A stretch of DNA of 38,462 nt from Chiloscyllium plagiosum (Eukaryota). The position numbers and the translations under genes were made by a program. The notes under the pieces were generated by a model. It was given only the letters and a program-made list of their open reading frames with translations. It was not told where the DNA came from and ran no database searches. The stretch lies in the NCBI RefSeq assembly GCF_004010195.1, contig NW_025215368.1:68601-107062 (forward strand). Reading direction: 5' to 3'. Positions 11,000-22,250 of the stretch are shown in pieces (position 1 is the stretch's first letter; every line of letters begins with the position of its first letter).

Positions 11000-13900
11000 A
11001 AGGAAAATAGTAGTTAGAAGCGGGAGTAGGGAATTCATTCTTCGGCCATTCCTCTGCTCGCTCTATCATTTAGTATTTTCAAGGCTGATATTATCCTTAC
11101 CTCACCTCCACTATCCTACCAAATGCCTATAGCCCTTTATGACACATTTAATCAGAAACACATCTATTTCTTTCTTGAATCTGTTGATTGATTCTTTCTC
11201 CACTTAACTCTGTGGCAGTATGTTCCATATTCACAAAACTCTGAAAAAGTAGTTTCGCCACATCTCAGTGTTGAAGATGCCTCCTCTAAATCTATCTCTA
11301 TGGCCTCATTTTCGAGACTATATCACAAGGGGGGAAATCTGATCAACGTAACGAGCTTATAAATGCCCTTTAATATTTTAAATACCCCAATCAAATCAGC
11401 TCAATTTATTCTGAACCGGATGGAGTACAAGTCCGAGCTATTTAAACCCTCATCATATCACAGCCCTTTTATCCCTGGGAAATAACCGGATGAACCTCCT
11501 CTGAACGGTTCCAATACCAGCACATCCTTCTTCAAGCGAGGAAACCAAATATCGACATAAAGGTCCAAGAGTGGTCTCACTAAAGCCTTACAAATGCATA
11601 ACTACACTTCTTTAATTTTGTAATTCTGTCCCATTCGCACTAAATGCCACGAATCCATTCTCAAATCATTTGTACAGACTGCAAACAATTGAGGTCTGTG
11701 AATTGAATCCTACGGCCTACCGATAGCTTACAGTTCACCAACAAGAGAAGGGCCCATTTATCCAGACTCTGATTTCTCTCAGGAAATCAACCCTCTTTCC
11801 CAGGAAATACTCCATGTTTCGTCTCCTGGGATCGAACTTTCTGCATCGGTCTCCTGTACAGCAGTTTGTCAAACACCTTGTGGAAGTCCAGGAATATTAC
11901 ATCCACCATATCCACCTTTCTGCTGACATTCTCAAAGAACTCCAACTCTGTAAAGCACAACATGCCCTTCAAGAAAGTGTGCTTCACTGGTAAATTGAGG
12001 TTTGCCTTTCCAAGTGTTCCGTTTACTCCACTTTGTGATTGACTACCTTATTACAGAGGCCAAACTAACTCTTCTTTATTTCAGCTATCTCCTCAATTGA
12101 AGAAGTATGTTACACTTGTAAGTCTTCATCCATAGAAAGCTGTCTAGAATCCAGCGAATTTTGGAAAATCATAAATTATGTCTCTACTATTTCTGCTGCA
12201 ATATTATTTAACATCGTGTTCCACTGCAGCACCTGCTGTTTGTTTGAATAAATTATGTTGTTCTACTGTGTAAGCTGGAACAAAGTATTGGTTTAGGACC
12301 TCTGTCATTTCTGATTTTATCATTATTGATGCCATTTTCGATACCCGAAGGTCCAATATTTGCTTCCACTATTTGCTTCCTGTTTATACGCTTATAGAGG
12401 CTTTTGATATGAGTGCTTATGCTTTGTGCTAACTTAGCTTCTCTTAGCTCGATTAATTCTGCTCTTAGTGAATCTTTGCTGACGTTTAGAATACTGCTCC
12501 AGAGATTCACTAACCTTCACAGTATGAAATGTATAGTATTTATGCTCTCATTGACTTCCTGGATGACTTTGAACCATTTTACACTGCATATACTTCAATT
12601 GAGATATATTTAGCATTTCCCACAACATGTTCCACTGTTCTTCAGCTCTTCCATAGCTTCATTTTTTCCCCAAGCCAAGTCCTGTCTCAGACAAGCATTA
12701 TTGCCTTTTCCCAACACTAAAACGCTCATGTAGGACTCTACCTTCACTCGAGAATGATGACGTCACTCCCTCCAAGTGGATTGTAAACGACCAGGTCATT
12801 TATCAATGTTTCATAATCATAAATTATGTCTCTACTATTTCTGCTGCAATATTATTTAACATCGTGTTCCACTGCAGCACCTGCTGTTTGTTTGAATAAA
12901 TTATGTTGTTCTACTGTGTAAGCTGGAACAAAGTATTGGTTTAGGACCTCTGTCATTTCTGATTTTATCATTATTGATGCCATTTTCGATACCCGAAGGT
13001 CCAATATTTGCTTCCACTATTTGCTTCCTGTTTATACGCTTATAGAGGCTTTTGATATGAGTGCTTATGCTTTGTGCTAACTTAGCTTCTCTTAGCTCGA
13101 TTAATTCTGCTCTTAGTGAATCTTTGCTGACGTTTAGAATACTGCTCCAGAGATTCACTAACCTTCACAGTATGAAATGTATAGTATTTATGCTCTCATT
13201 GACTTCCTGGATGACTTTGAACCATTTTACACTGCATATACTTCAATTGAGATATATTTAGCATTTCCCACAACATGTTCCACTGTTCTTCAGCTCTTCC
13301 ATAGCTTCATTTTTTCCCCAAGCCAAGTCCTGTCTCAGACAAGCATTATTGCCTTTTCCCAACACTAAAACGCTCATGTCGGACTCTACCTTCACTCGAG
13401 AATGATGACGTCACTCCCTCCAAGTGGATTGTAAACGACCAGGTCATTTATCAATGTTTCATCATTGCATAATATCAAATCAAAAAGTGCCAAATCTCTG
13501 GTTGACTCCGTGACATGTTGCTTTCAGAAATAGCACCTTACACTCTGAACAGTCCTTCGAGGCTACTCTAACCACGTAAATGAATCCTATCAATACATAC
13601 GTTTAAGTCGCTCATAACTGCCATTGCGCCTTTCTCAGAAGCCCTCCTTTTTTTCTGGTTTATGTTATGCCTTACTTCCTGAGTACTCTTCAGGATTCTG
13701 TAAATTATTCCTATCAAGGGCTAGGAGTACCTTGCTTTTTTATTTGATAGATCAACCATTTTTGTCCCTCATGTCAATATCAATTCTCGATGCAACCTTG
13801 ATGATATCCTTCATCAATAAATCAACTTCCCCGTGTTTCTTCTTGTCTATCCTTTCATAATGTTGAACTGCCAGTCCTGATAATCCTGTCACCATTTTTC
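11000..13900 (-). mobile_element. Old, long CR1 ORF2 remnant
   Basis: ORF 11787-11987 gives VDVIFLDFHKVFDKL (RT). ORF 12253 gives KSLYKRINRKQIVEANIGP. 3' UTR-like sequence near 11000-11070. Confidence 0.75.
12167..13462. repeat. Head-to-tail tandem duplication, 2 x 648 bp (12167-12814, 12815-13462)
   Basis: Three ORF pairs recur at offset 648. By eye the copies are identical except A12732/C13380. Confidence 0.95.
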
Positions 13901-14515
13901 AATAATCCTCACCTGGTGGTCTCTATTCGTCTCGTCAGCACAAATGTCTCCTTCTGTGCTGCATAAACAAAACCCTGGGCAGTTGCCGCTTGGAGTACTG
14001 TGATTAGATGTGGTCAGCACACCTTAGGAAGGGCATATCGAACTTGCAGGGAGTACAATATACACGTGTTGGTCAAAACTGGCCATCTAACTATTCAAAT
14101 CCATGTGCCCATCCATTGGCCCACATCCTTGGCATAGTAAGTTCACATCTGAATACTTCTTCAATGTTGTGACGTTCAGACATCTTGGAAGAAGTATAGC
14201 GTAGATTGATGACAATGTTTCCTAAACTTCATGGATCAAGCTATTTCAGGAAAGCATATCGAAATTATAACCTGTTTCCCTGCGAATTTGAAAAGTTATG
14301 TTTTGATAGATTCGCTGTAACGTTTCAAGATATAATACAGAAAAGACTGGGAATTTAGAGATAGAACATCTCCACATGTTGGTGATTCTAGAACTGGGGA
14401 GCATGGTCTGAGATTTCGCACCAGACCATTCTGGGGAGACATTAGAAAGTGCATTTAAAAACAAAAGTCGGTAGGTGTTTGCAACTCAATGCCACAAATG
14501 GAAGTGAATTGAATT

Positions 14516-15297
14516 AAGAACATAGAAAAGTACAGTGTAGAACAGGTCTTTTGGCCCTCGATGTTGCGTCAACCTGTGAGCAAATCTAAGCCACTTCCCC
14601 TACACTATCCCACCATCATCCACATGCTTATCCAAGGACTGTTTAAATGCACCTAATGTCACTGAGTTAGCTGCATTGGCAGGCATGGCATTCCATGCCC
14701 TTATCACATTCTGAGTCAATACCTGCCTCTGCGTCTGTCTTAAATCTATCCACCTTCAATTTCAGCTATGCCCCCTCGAACAAGCTGACGCCATCATCCT
14801 AAGAAAAAGACTGTCACTGTCCATCCTATCTCATCCTCTGAACATCTTGTAGGTCTCTTTTAAATCCACTCGTAGCCTTCTTCTCTCCAAAGAGAACAGA
14901 TCCAATTTCCTCAGCCTTCCCTCATAAAACCTTCCCTCCAGTCCAAGCAACATCCTGGCAAATCTCCTCTGCACCTTTTTCAATGCCTCCACGTCCTTTC
15001 TGGAATGGGGCGACCAGAACTATACACAATATTCCAAGTGAGGCCGCACTAGCATTTTGTACAGTTGCAGCATGAAATCATGGCTTCGGAACTCAATCCC
15101 TCTAACAATCTGGCACACCGTATGCCTCTTAACAGCACTATCAACCTGGGTGGCAATTTTCAGAGATATATGTATTTGGACACCAAGATCCTAATGCACA
15201 TTCGCACTACCACGAATATTTCCATTGACCCAGTATTCTGCCTTCCTGTTATTCTTCCCAAAGTAAATCACCTCACATTTATCAGCATTGAACTTCG
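14516..15297 (-). mobile_element. CR1 LINE 3' fragment, same subfamily as 1-835
   Basis: Starts with the AAGAACATAGAAA tail and GGCCCTCGATGTTGCG. Reverse complement of RPHLEYCV-FWSP at about 15005-15050. Confidence 0.9.
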
Positions 15298-15326
15298 TAT
15301 CTACATTGAAATCCATGGCGTTGGAG

Positions 15327-15990
15327 ATTATTGAACTTGATTTTGAATCCTGAAGACGAGAGAGTCTCCAGGGGGAAGGCTTTGTAATGTACCAGCACTA
15401 TGGACTATAGAATGTTGGATAAGATGTTAATATTAAATCTGAGAGAATGATTCAAATGTTGTTCAAAGATTAAAGCGGTCTCAGCGAAAGACACGCCTTT
15501 GGCATATGGAGTTAGAGTAAAATGCTGAAAAAACACTTTAGGTATGTCAACAACTCTAGAGAGAAAACATAGTTAAGTTTTTGAGTGCAGTGATGCTTCT
15601 TCAGAACTAGATGCAGCTTGGAAAATGAGGAATTTCTGCTGTTGATGCGTCGTTGGGTGCGGGTCTGATGGGTGGGAAAAGGACCGATCAGATAAGTCGT
15701 GAGTGAGCATAGAGAGAGAGCGAAATAAAACGACAGGTCGGCCAAGGCAATGTTGATGGTAAGCCAGGCAAGAAGAGAAGCTGTACTGGCTATAATAAGG
15801 TCACTGAGTTGGTAACACTGAGTTGGTACCAATGAATGTAACCCATTTCATGATAGGGTGCGTAGTGTTGTTATACCAAGGAATGGAGCATTAGCACTTT
15901 GATATTATTGAACTCGATTTTGAATCCTGAAGTCTTCAGGGTCTCCAAGTGGACGGTTGTTTGCAGCTGTACCAGCACTATGGACAATAG
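15327..15990 (-). mobile_element. Penelope-like 3' remnant (ORF end, CT-rich UTR, terminal repeat) with partial direct duplication
   Basis: Minus strand gives HLETLKTSGFKIEFNNI (15950-15901), similar to the recalled PLE ORF end LGTLQPxGLNIEFNNF. CTGAAGA core at about 15604-15598. 15327-15410 repeats 15904-15990. Confidence 0.55.
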
Positions 15991-16949
15991 AGAAAATTAG
16001 CTTTGACAGAAATAGGCTTTATACAGCAGTACTCTGATTGTTTCCTGGTTGGTTGACATCTTGTGGGTGTGCACGATGTTGGCAGAACTCTTCAGTCCTC
16101 CAGTAATCTGCAGAATCAGAGATATTGCACGTTGCATGCCGGTCAGCCTTCCTTGCCTCCTGCAAGGAAGTTAGATTATCCTGAAGAAGTGAGATTAATG
16201 AAAAAGACGCACTGATAAGCAAAAGAATCATCTTGGTAAGGCATGTGGACTGCGGCCATTGAAACGAATTCTCCTTTTTACCACACAATCCAGAATACTG
16301 AATTATTTTTTCTGTCTATTTTCCATCGAGCCATATAAGGTAATGGCATAGGAAAAGCCTCTTGAAACAATGAGGTTGCACCAGGCAAGAGCAAATACTT
16401 AAGTATTCTCCTCCCATATTCCGCCAATTTTACACCTGTCCATTGCCGCCATTACTTCAGCTGTAAACTCAATTAAGTTGTCAGACACGACCTGCTCTTA
16501 ACAAAGCCATCTCTACTGTCTGGTATTAACTTACCATTTTTCCAAGTGAATATTGTTTACCTTGGGATCTCAAGTCACATCGAAATGCTTCTTCAATGTT
16601 TAAAGGATTTCTGCCTCAATCACCCTCACAATCACTGTCATGGTATTACAGAAGTAAGCAGGTCAGACGAGGTCCTTCGGCCCAAATCTACTAAACTGTC
16701 AAGAAATACTTATTACAAATGTAGCACTTGTACTACACAACACGTCATTCTCAAAAAATGTGTAAATCGACACTTGCCCCACTTTAATGCACTAGGTCGA
16801 TAATTGTGAATGTTGTGACATTTCCAGTCTTCATCTGAAATACTTTTTAAAAGGTTTTGTGATTTGCATTCTCAACTACCCTGCGGGACAGTGCATTTCT
16901 GACTGCCATATATCCCTACATATTTTGTAACATCTACTGTCATTCAAGT

Positions 16950-17430
16950 TCACCTGATGCTCCCTTGTGGAATTTATCTCCACCATTCTCCCAGGCAGTG
17001 CATTCCAAATTCTGATAATTCATTAAATAAAAACGTTTCTCATCAACTGGCTCTTGCTGACAGACTTCATATTGTTATCCCCAAGGTACTAATTCTAATT
17101 GGAACAGGAAATCACTCTTTACACTGTCAAAATTGATCATAGGTTTATGCATTCCAAATAGGTCACTTTTTAATGTTCTCTACCTCAAGGAGAAAATGAC
17201 TATTCACTCTATCCTTTCATTGGATCCAGAATTCCTCCATATTTCTTCTAAAACTCCCTTTCACTCTCTCCTGGCCATTAAGATGTTCCATACTGAAGCT
17301 GCCCACAGCTGAATATAAAACTCCAAATGCGTCTACCAAATGATTTTTCGAGGTCTGTCACCGCTTCATTGCTTTTATCTTCCACACCTCTATGTAAAAA
17401 CCGCAGTTTTCTATTCCTTTCTCAATAACT
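16950..17430 (-). mobile_element. Very old CR1 remnant
   Basis: Minus strand GGTAGACGCATTTGGAG...GGCCAGGAGAGAGTG resembles the RxHLEY...LERV region. Confidence 0.5.
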
Positions 17431-17520
17431 GTTTCACAGTGCCTCACAGCACCAGGGAGCCAGGTTCGATTCCAGCCTTGGGCGACTGTCTGTGTGGAGT
17501 TGGCACATTCTCCCCGTGTC
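17267..17520. repeat. 254-bp direct repeat, copy A
   Basis: Identical by eye to 18800-19053 (offset 1533). ORFs 17340 and 18873 share their first 60 aa. Confidence 0.95.
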
Positions 17521-17727
17521 CGTGTGGGTTTCCTCCGGGTGCTCCGGTTTCCTCCCACAGTCCAAAAGATGTGTAGGGTCCGGTGAATTGGCCATGCTAA
17601 ATTGCCCGTAGTGTTAGGTAAGGGGTAAATGTAGGGGTATGGGTGGGTTTCGCTTCGGCGGGTCGGTGTGGACTTGTTGGGCCGAAGGGCCTGTGTCTAC
17701 ACTGTAATGTAATCTAATCTAATCTAA
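17437..17727 (+). mobile_element. HE1-type SINE, A-box missing, well-preserved 3' half
   Basis: GGTTCGATTCC B-box, GGGTTTCCTCCGGGTGCTCCGGTTTCCTCCCACAGTCC V-domain, GGGCCGAAGGGCCTGT and a (TAATC)n tail. Confidence 0.92.
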
Positions 17728-17728
17728 T

Positions 17729-17826
17729 GAGTTCAGAAGAAGGATCACTGGTCTCGAAACCTCTCCTGTGCTCTTTCTTCACAGATGCTGTCAGACACGG
17801 TGAGTCTCTTCAACAATTTCTGTTCT
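17729..17826 (+). mobile_element. Penelope-like terminal-repeat fragment
   Basis: AGTTCAGAAGAAGGATCACTGGTCTCGAAAC...CACAGATGCTGTCAGAC, the reverse-complement homolog of 6503-6635. Confidence 0.6.
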
Positions 17827-17940
17827 TCACATTTAAAGGGTTGACGTATTTGTCAACTAGTAGAACGAGAAGCCCCTTTAAGGGAGGCAGCAGTGAAATC
17901 ACTTGGAAGAATGCGCTGTTAGTTTACCATTGATCAGGCT

Positions 17941-18800
17941 TCAGTACTTGGGTTTCTTTATTAGATGAATAATGGATGTGACTGGAACTTTCATCACGTC
18001 GCAGAGTTGTTCTCTGAATTTGACTGCGTCACCACATAAATAAACGTATTTGTACAGCAACTTAAAATTTGCAGCATACTTCCAACTTGTTGAAAATTAA
18101 TTTCAGACACTGTATAATATCCAGGATCTTTTTCTGTCACCGTATAGTATATTACTTCAATTACATACACTGACCACAGAAGGATAAAAACGCCAGATAG
18201 ACTAAAAAGTAAAATCACAGACTTCCTTCTGCTTTCCATCTCTCGGTCACTGTGATTCCCTCCTTTTCTCTGACCTCTCAGTCCTTTACGGACACTATTG
18301 GCCTGTAAAATGTGCCTGACTGTCAAAGTGTTAATGAATAGAATTAAAATGAATGGCAGCAAAGGAGTTAAAACCTTATCGCACCAATCAAAGCCCATCC
18401 ATCCAGAATCAGAGTAATAACTGGGTTTTGCAAAACAGAACCAGGATATATTGTTGACTGTTAGCCAAGGTTCATATACAAAATAGAAAGGTATGTTTTT
18501 GAAACAGAGTAAAATGCAGATTATTGATATCACTATGGCAGCCGTTTTCCTGGTGCAGTATTTTATTTTCATCTGTTGGCCACAAATGGCAACAAATCGA
18601 TCAAAGGAGAATGCAACAGTGAGCCAGACAGAGCAGTCTGTCGCTGCAGATACCAGGACAGCAATAAAACTACATACATGGGTGAAGTCCAGAAAAGTCC
18701 ATTGGAAATAATAATTACTGATTTGTCTCAATATGACTTCTGTAATAATGACAAGTAGATCCTCCATTGCCATTGCCACGAGATAATGAGAGGTGCAAGT
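17941..18800 (-). pseudogene. GPR139/GPR142-like class A GPCR, orphan exon 2 (TM2-TM7), 5'-truncated with a -1 frameshift in helix 8
   Basis: YLVAMAMEDLL, TDCSVWLTVAFSFDRFVAIC, TPLLPF, FILLW and SCCTNTFIY. Homology stops at 18800, where the direct repeat begins. Adding one A at 18019-18021 restores SKFREQLCDVMKVPVTSIIHLIKKPKY* (stop 17943-17941), comparable to the paralog's C-terminus. Confidence 0.85.
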
Positions 18801-19053
18801 CTCCTGGCCATTAAGATGTTCCATACTGAAGCTGCCCACAGCTGAATATAAAACTCCAAATGCGTCTACCAAATGATTTTTCGAGGTCTGTCACCGCTTC
18901 ATTGCTTTTATCTTCCACACCTCTATGTAAAAACCGCAGTTTTCTATTCCTTTCTCAATAACTGTTTCACAGTGCCTCACAGCACCAGGGAGCCAGGTTC
19001 GATTCCAGCCTTGGGCGACTGTCTGTGTGGAGTTGGCACATTCTCCCCGTGTC
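18800..19053. repeat. 254-bp direct repeat, copy B
   Basis: Identical by eye to 17267-17520. Confidence 0.95.
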
Positions 19054-19285
19054 TGCGTGGGTTTCCTCCATGTGCCCCGGTTTCCTCTCACAATCTAAAG
19101 ATTAGGTGTATTAGCCATGCTAAGGTGTTCAGTGATTTTTTGATTAGGTGCATTACTCAGGGGTAAATATAGGATAATGGAGTAATGGGAATGGGTATAG
19201 GGGGATTTGTGTTCCGAGTGTCGGTGTGGACTAGTGGGGCTGAAAACTCTGTTTCCAAACTGTAGCGATTCCATGATATTCTATG
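18970..19285 (+). mobile_element. HE1-type SINE; 5' part identical to the 17437 copy, 3' part more diverged
   Basis: Same B-box and V-domain start. After 19053 there are many substitutions relative to the 17521+ sequence. Confidence 0.88.
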
Positions 19286-19299
19286 AGGTTTCAACTTCC

Positions 19300-20225
19300 C
19301 TGGCCACCGTCTGACATGCGTGCACATTAACCCTGAAGTCTCTCTGCTCCTGTACGTCCAGCGAAGTTGTGTCATTCAGTCTGTATTGCCTCTCTGTTCT
19401 GACTATCAAAAAACATCGTCACCTGTACCTAGGTATTGCAATTTATCTGCCAGGTGTCTGCCGATTATACGAATATTCATTCGAAGATGGTCAGTGTCAT
19501 CCTCATCACTCACTATTCCACAAACCGCCTTACCATTTGCGAATCCATATTCGAGTATTATCCTCTCTGTTGTGTTTGTGATACTCTTCCTGATTCTGAC
19601 AGCTATTATTATCATGGCATGCATCACATGTCGCTTATTTCCTTCCTTATCTTCTCATTGGTATCCTTAGTCATCCAGATTCCCACCATTTTGGATGCCT
19701 CAAATTCTTTTCTGATGGGCATGTAGTAAGCATGCACACTGTTCAACTATATTTCGAAATTATCCCATTTTTCATGCATTGTTTCTTATCAACGTGCTCC
19801 AATTTAGATTTTAGACCCATAACATCGTTCATTTTCCAGATGCAATATTAATCATTGAGTGATGTTTATATACTTTGAACTCAATATCGAAAATGATTAA
19901 GTTGTTATCGCTATTGCCTAATTGCTTCTCCACCCTGATGCTCCGCACTTGGCCTGTCTCAGTTTGTGGGATCAGATACAGTACTGCCCCGTTCTTTGTA
20001 GGACTAGAAATGCTCAGTTCTCGGAAGTTCTCCCGCGCACTTTACAGTATTTCACCCCTTCTGAGACTGGTGTAACTTTTCACCAGTCTCCCCTTGGGCA
20101 ATTGAAATCACCAAGCTCAACAATCCTACCAAACACCAAGTAGACGAGTAGCACTCCTGCAGATTTCCAAAAGCTGGCAAAAATGCTCTCTACTACTTCC
20201 TCCCCATCATTTGGAGGTTTGTACT
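19300..20225 (-). mobile_element. Old CR1 ORF2 remnant with large deletions
   Basis: Minus-strand LRWTYRSRETSG (RDLGV-like region), LADKLQYLG, and endonuclease-like GDFNC at about 20100-20115. Confidence 0.5.
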
Positions 20226-20315
20226 AATTCCTGATGAAATGCTGTTGCCCGAAACGTCGATTTTCCTGCTCCTCGGATGCTGCCTGACATGCTATGCACT
20301 GCCAGCACCACACTC
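20226..20315 (+). mobile_element. Penelope-like terminal-repeat fragment with hammerhead-like core
   Basis: CTGATGA (20231-20237)...GCCC-GAAAC-GTC (20247-20258), followed by GATTTTCCTGCTCCTCGGATGCTGCCTGAC. Confidence 0.75.
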
Positions 20316-20639
20316 AGAGTACACGAGCCATTACCTGAGCTTCAGGGCAGATGTGAAGGTATACAAAACAATGCCAAAAGAACAGAAAGTTTTGTGTTGT
20401 ACATGGTGTACTGAAATGAGGAAAATGAATAACTTTAACAGCCTAAGACTTGTTAAATTATTCCCCCACACTTGATAAATAAGTTAGCTCACACTCATTG
20501 TAATTGCTGTTTACACAGCTGTAGTTTCAAGCAATATAGCAATCCTATTTATGGAGGAGCTGAAGCCAAGGTTTGCGGAATGATTAAGGAAGAACTGGAA
20601 CTTAGTCTAGCAGCATGCTTGGCCATGCAATTAGATTCA

Positions 20640-21290
20640 TAGGGATCTGCAGATCAGCAAAAGGCCCTTCAGTCCATAACGTCTGTGATGATCAAAACCA
20701 GTCAGCAAACGATTTGAATCCTAGTTTCCAGTAGTTGGCCTGTAGGGTTATTTGCATTGGGATTCTAAGTGCACATCTCAGTACTTCTTCAATGTATTCA
20801 GAGTTTCTGCCTTGAACAATCTTAGAAGCAGCGACTTGCAGATTTCCAACTCTGTCGGGTTAGAATAGTGTTGCCTCACATATTCTGACACATTCTGATC
20901 CTTACCTTTAATCACCGGTGCTATCGTCACTGACCCTTCCATCACAGAGAACAATCTATTCTGTCTATGACCCACATAACATTTTTTACATCTCAATCAT
21001 ATCCCCTCACAATCTCCCCTGCTCTCAGATAAACAACATCAGTCTGTCCAATCTGTCTTCAGGATTAAATTTCTCCAGCCTGCTCTGCACCATTTCCAGT
21101 GCAATTATGTCATGTCTGTAAAGCAAATTTCAGACATGTACACAATACTACACCTATGGCTTTACCAACGGTTAATACAGTTCCACCATTACATCCTTGC
21201 TCTTCAACTCTGGGCCTTGACTAGTGTTTATCACTCTTCTATTTTTAAACCATCTGCAAACTTAATAATATCAGATCAGTATTTCAGAAA
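20640..21290 (-). mobile_element. Old CR1 3' remnant
   Basis: AAAGGCCCTTCAGTCCA 3' UTR motif. ORF 20778-20996 (NRLFSVMEGSVT...AETLNTLKKY) resembles a CR1 C-terminus. Confidence 0.55.
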
Positions 21291-21350
21291 AAAGCGTCCT
21301 GCTGTCAAATATAATGCCTTCAGCTTTGTGGCAGCTGACAAGCGTGTGAA

Positions 21351-21383
21351 GGGGATTGGGGGGGTGGGGGAGGGGTGAGGGGG
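21351..21383 (+). other. G-quadruplex-capable motif
   Basis: GGGG-ATT-GGGGGGG-T-GGGGG-A-GGGG-TGA-GGGGG: five G-runs with loops of 1-3 nt. Confidence 0.6.
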
Positions 21384-21829
21384 CGTGGTAATCATCGGAT
21401 CGGCAGAAACTCTGAACGACTCTGCATTAAAATACAACTTCCAAACGCAACCTAGGCAGTTGTTATTGCCTGTGGAATTTAGTTATTAAAAATACCTTCT
21501 CAGATATGCACGATCCAACCCGTGCCTTCTGAAAACACGTCAAAATAACGAGGACTGACGGTTGCGAAACTGTATTGTGATTAACCCAAGGATCATCTCA
21601 GTATGTCCTGTGGACAGGACCAATATAATACTTACACATTTTCCTCTCTCCGCCAATTACATCCATATATTTTACCTTGGCTGCCTGGACGTGTGGATGA
21701 CAGTTATTGTTGTAATTGTTAGTGCTGAATATCGATGGTTCAGGAGTGCTCAACCGTTGTGTGAAACTAATTATTTGTAATATATCGTGATCCTAGGCAA
21801 ATGCAGGTTGGTTCTGAGGCCGATGGTAT

Positions 21830-22250
21830 TGATACGTGAGAAAGGATTCACTGCATTAGAATTATTTTCACTGGGGTTCGGGCTAATGGGGGAAACTCAT
21901 ACAGACTGTCAAAATTCTAACAGGATGAAATAGGATAAATGGTGGGAGTGTCCAGATCTAGGGGTCACAGTCTGGGAATTCGAGGTTGATCACATATTAC
22001 GGAGATGAGAAGACGTTTCTTCATCCAAAAAGTGTTCAGCCTTTGTTATTCATTTCCACAGGGAGCAGTTGAAACATTGGATGCATTCAAAAGGCGTCCA
22101 GACATTACTCTTGGAGTGAATGGGATCAAAGGTTTTGGGAATAAAGAAGGAATAGGCTATTGCGTTGGATGATCAGCCATGATCGTGATGAATAGCGTTG
22201 TAGGTTTTAAGGGCCAAACGGCCTCCTCCTGCACCTCCCCTCCATGTTTT
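21830..22250 (+). mobile_element. CR1 3' fragment (second subfamily)
   Basis: SRSRGHSL and EMRRRFFIQKVFSL by manual translation. 3' motif AAGGGCCAAACGGCCTCCTCCTGC. Confidence 0.75.

Noticed and set aside
1114..13413. Other TGACGTCA palindromes (1114, 12758, 13406)
   Set aside because: They lie in decayed CR1 sequence, two are duplicates, and there is no promoter context. They also weaken the case for the site at 28704.
17437..17480. tRNA gene
   Set aside because: The B-box belongs to a SINE head, and there is no complete cloverleaf.
18801..18872. N-terminal 24 aa of ORF 17994-18872 as a genuine TM1; MEH resembles the start of human GPR139
   Set aside because: The sequence is part of the duplicated CR1-derived block also present at 17267, so the resemblance is coincidental.
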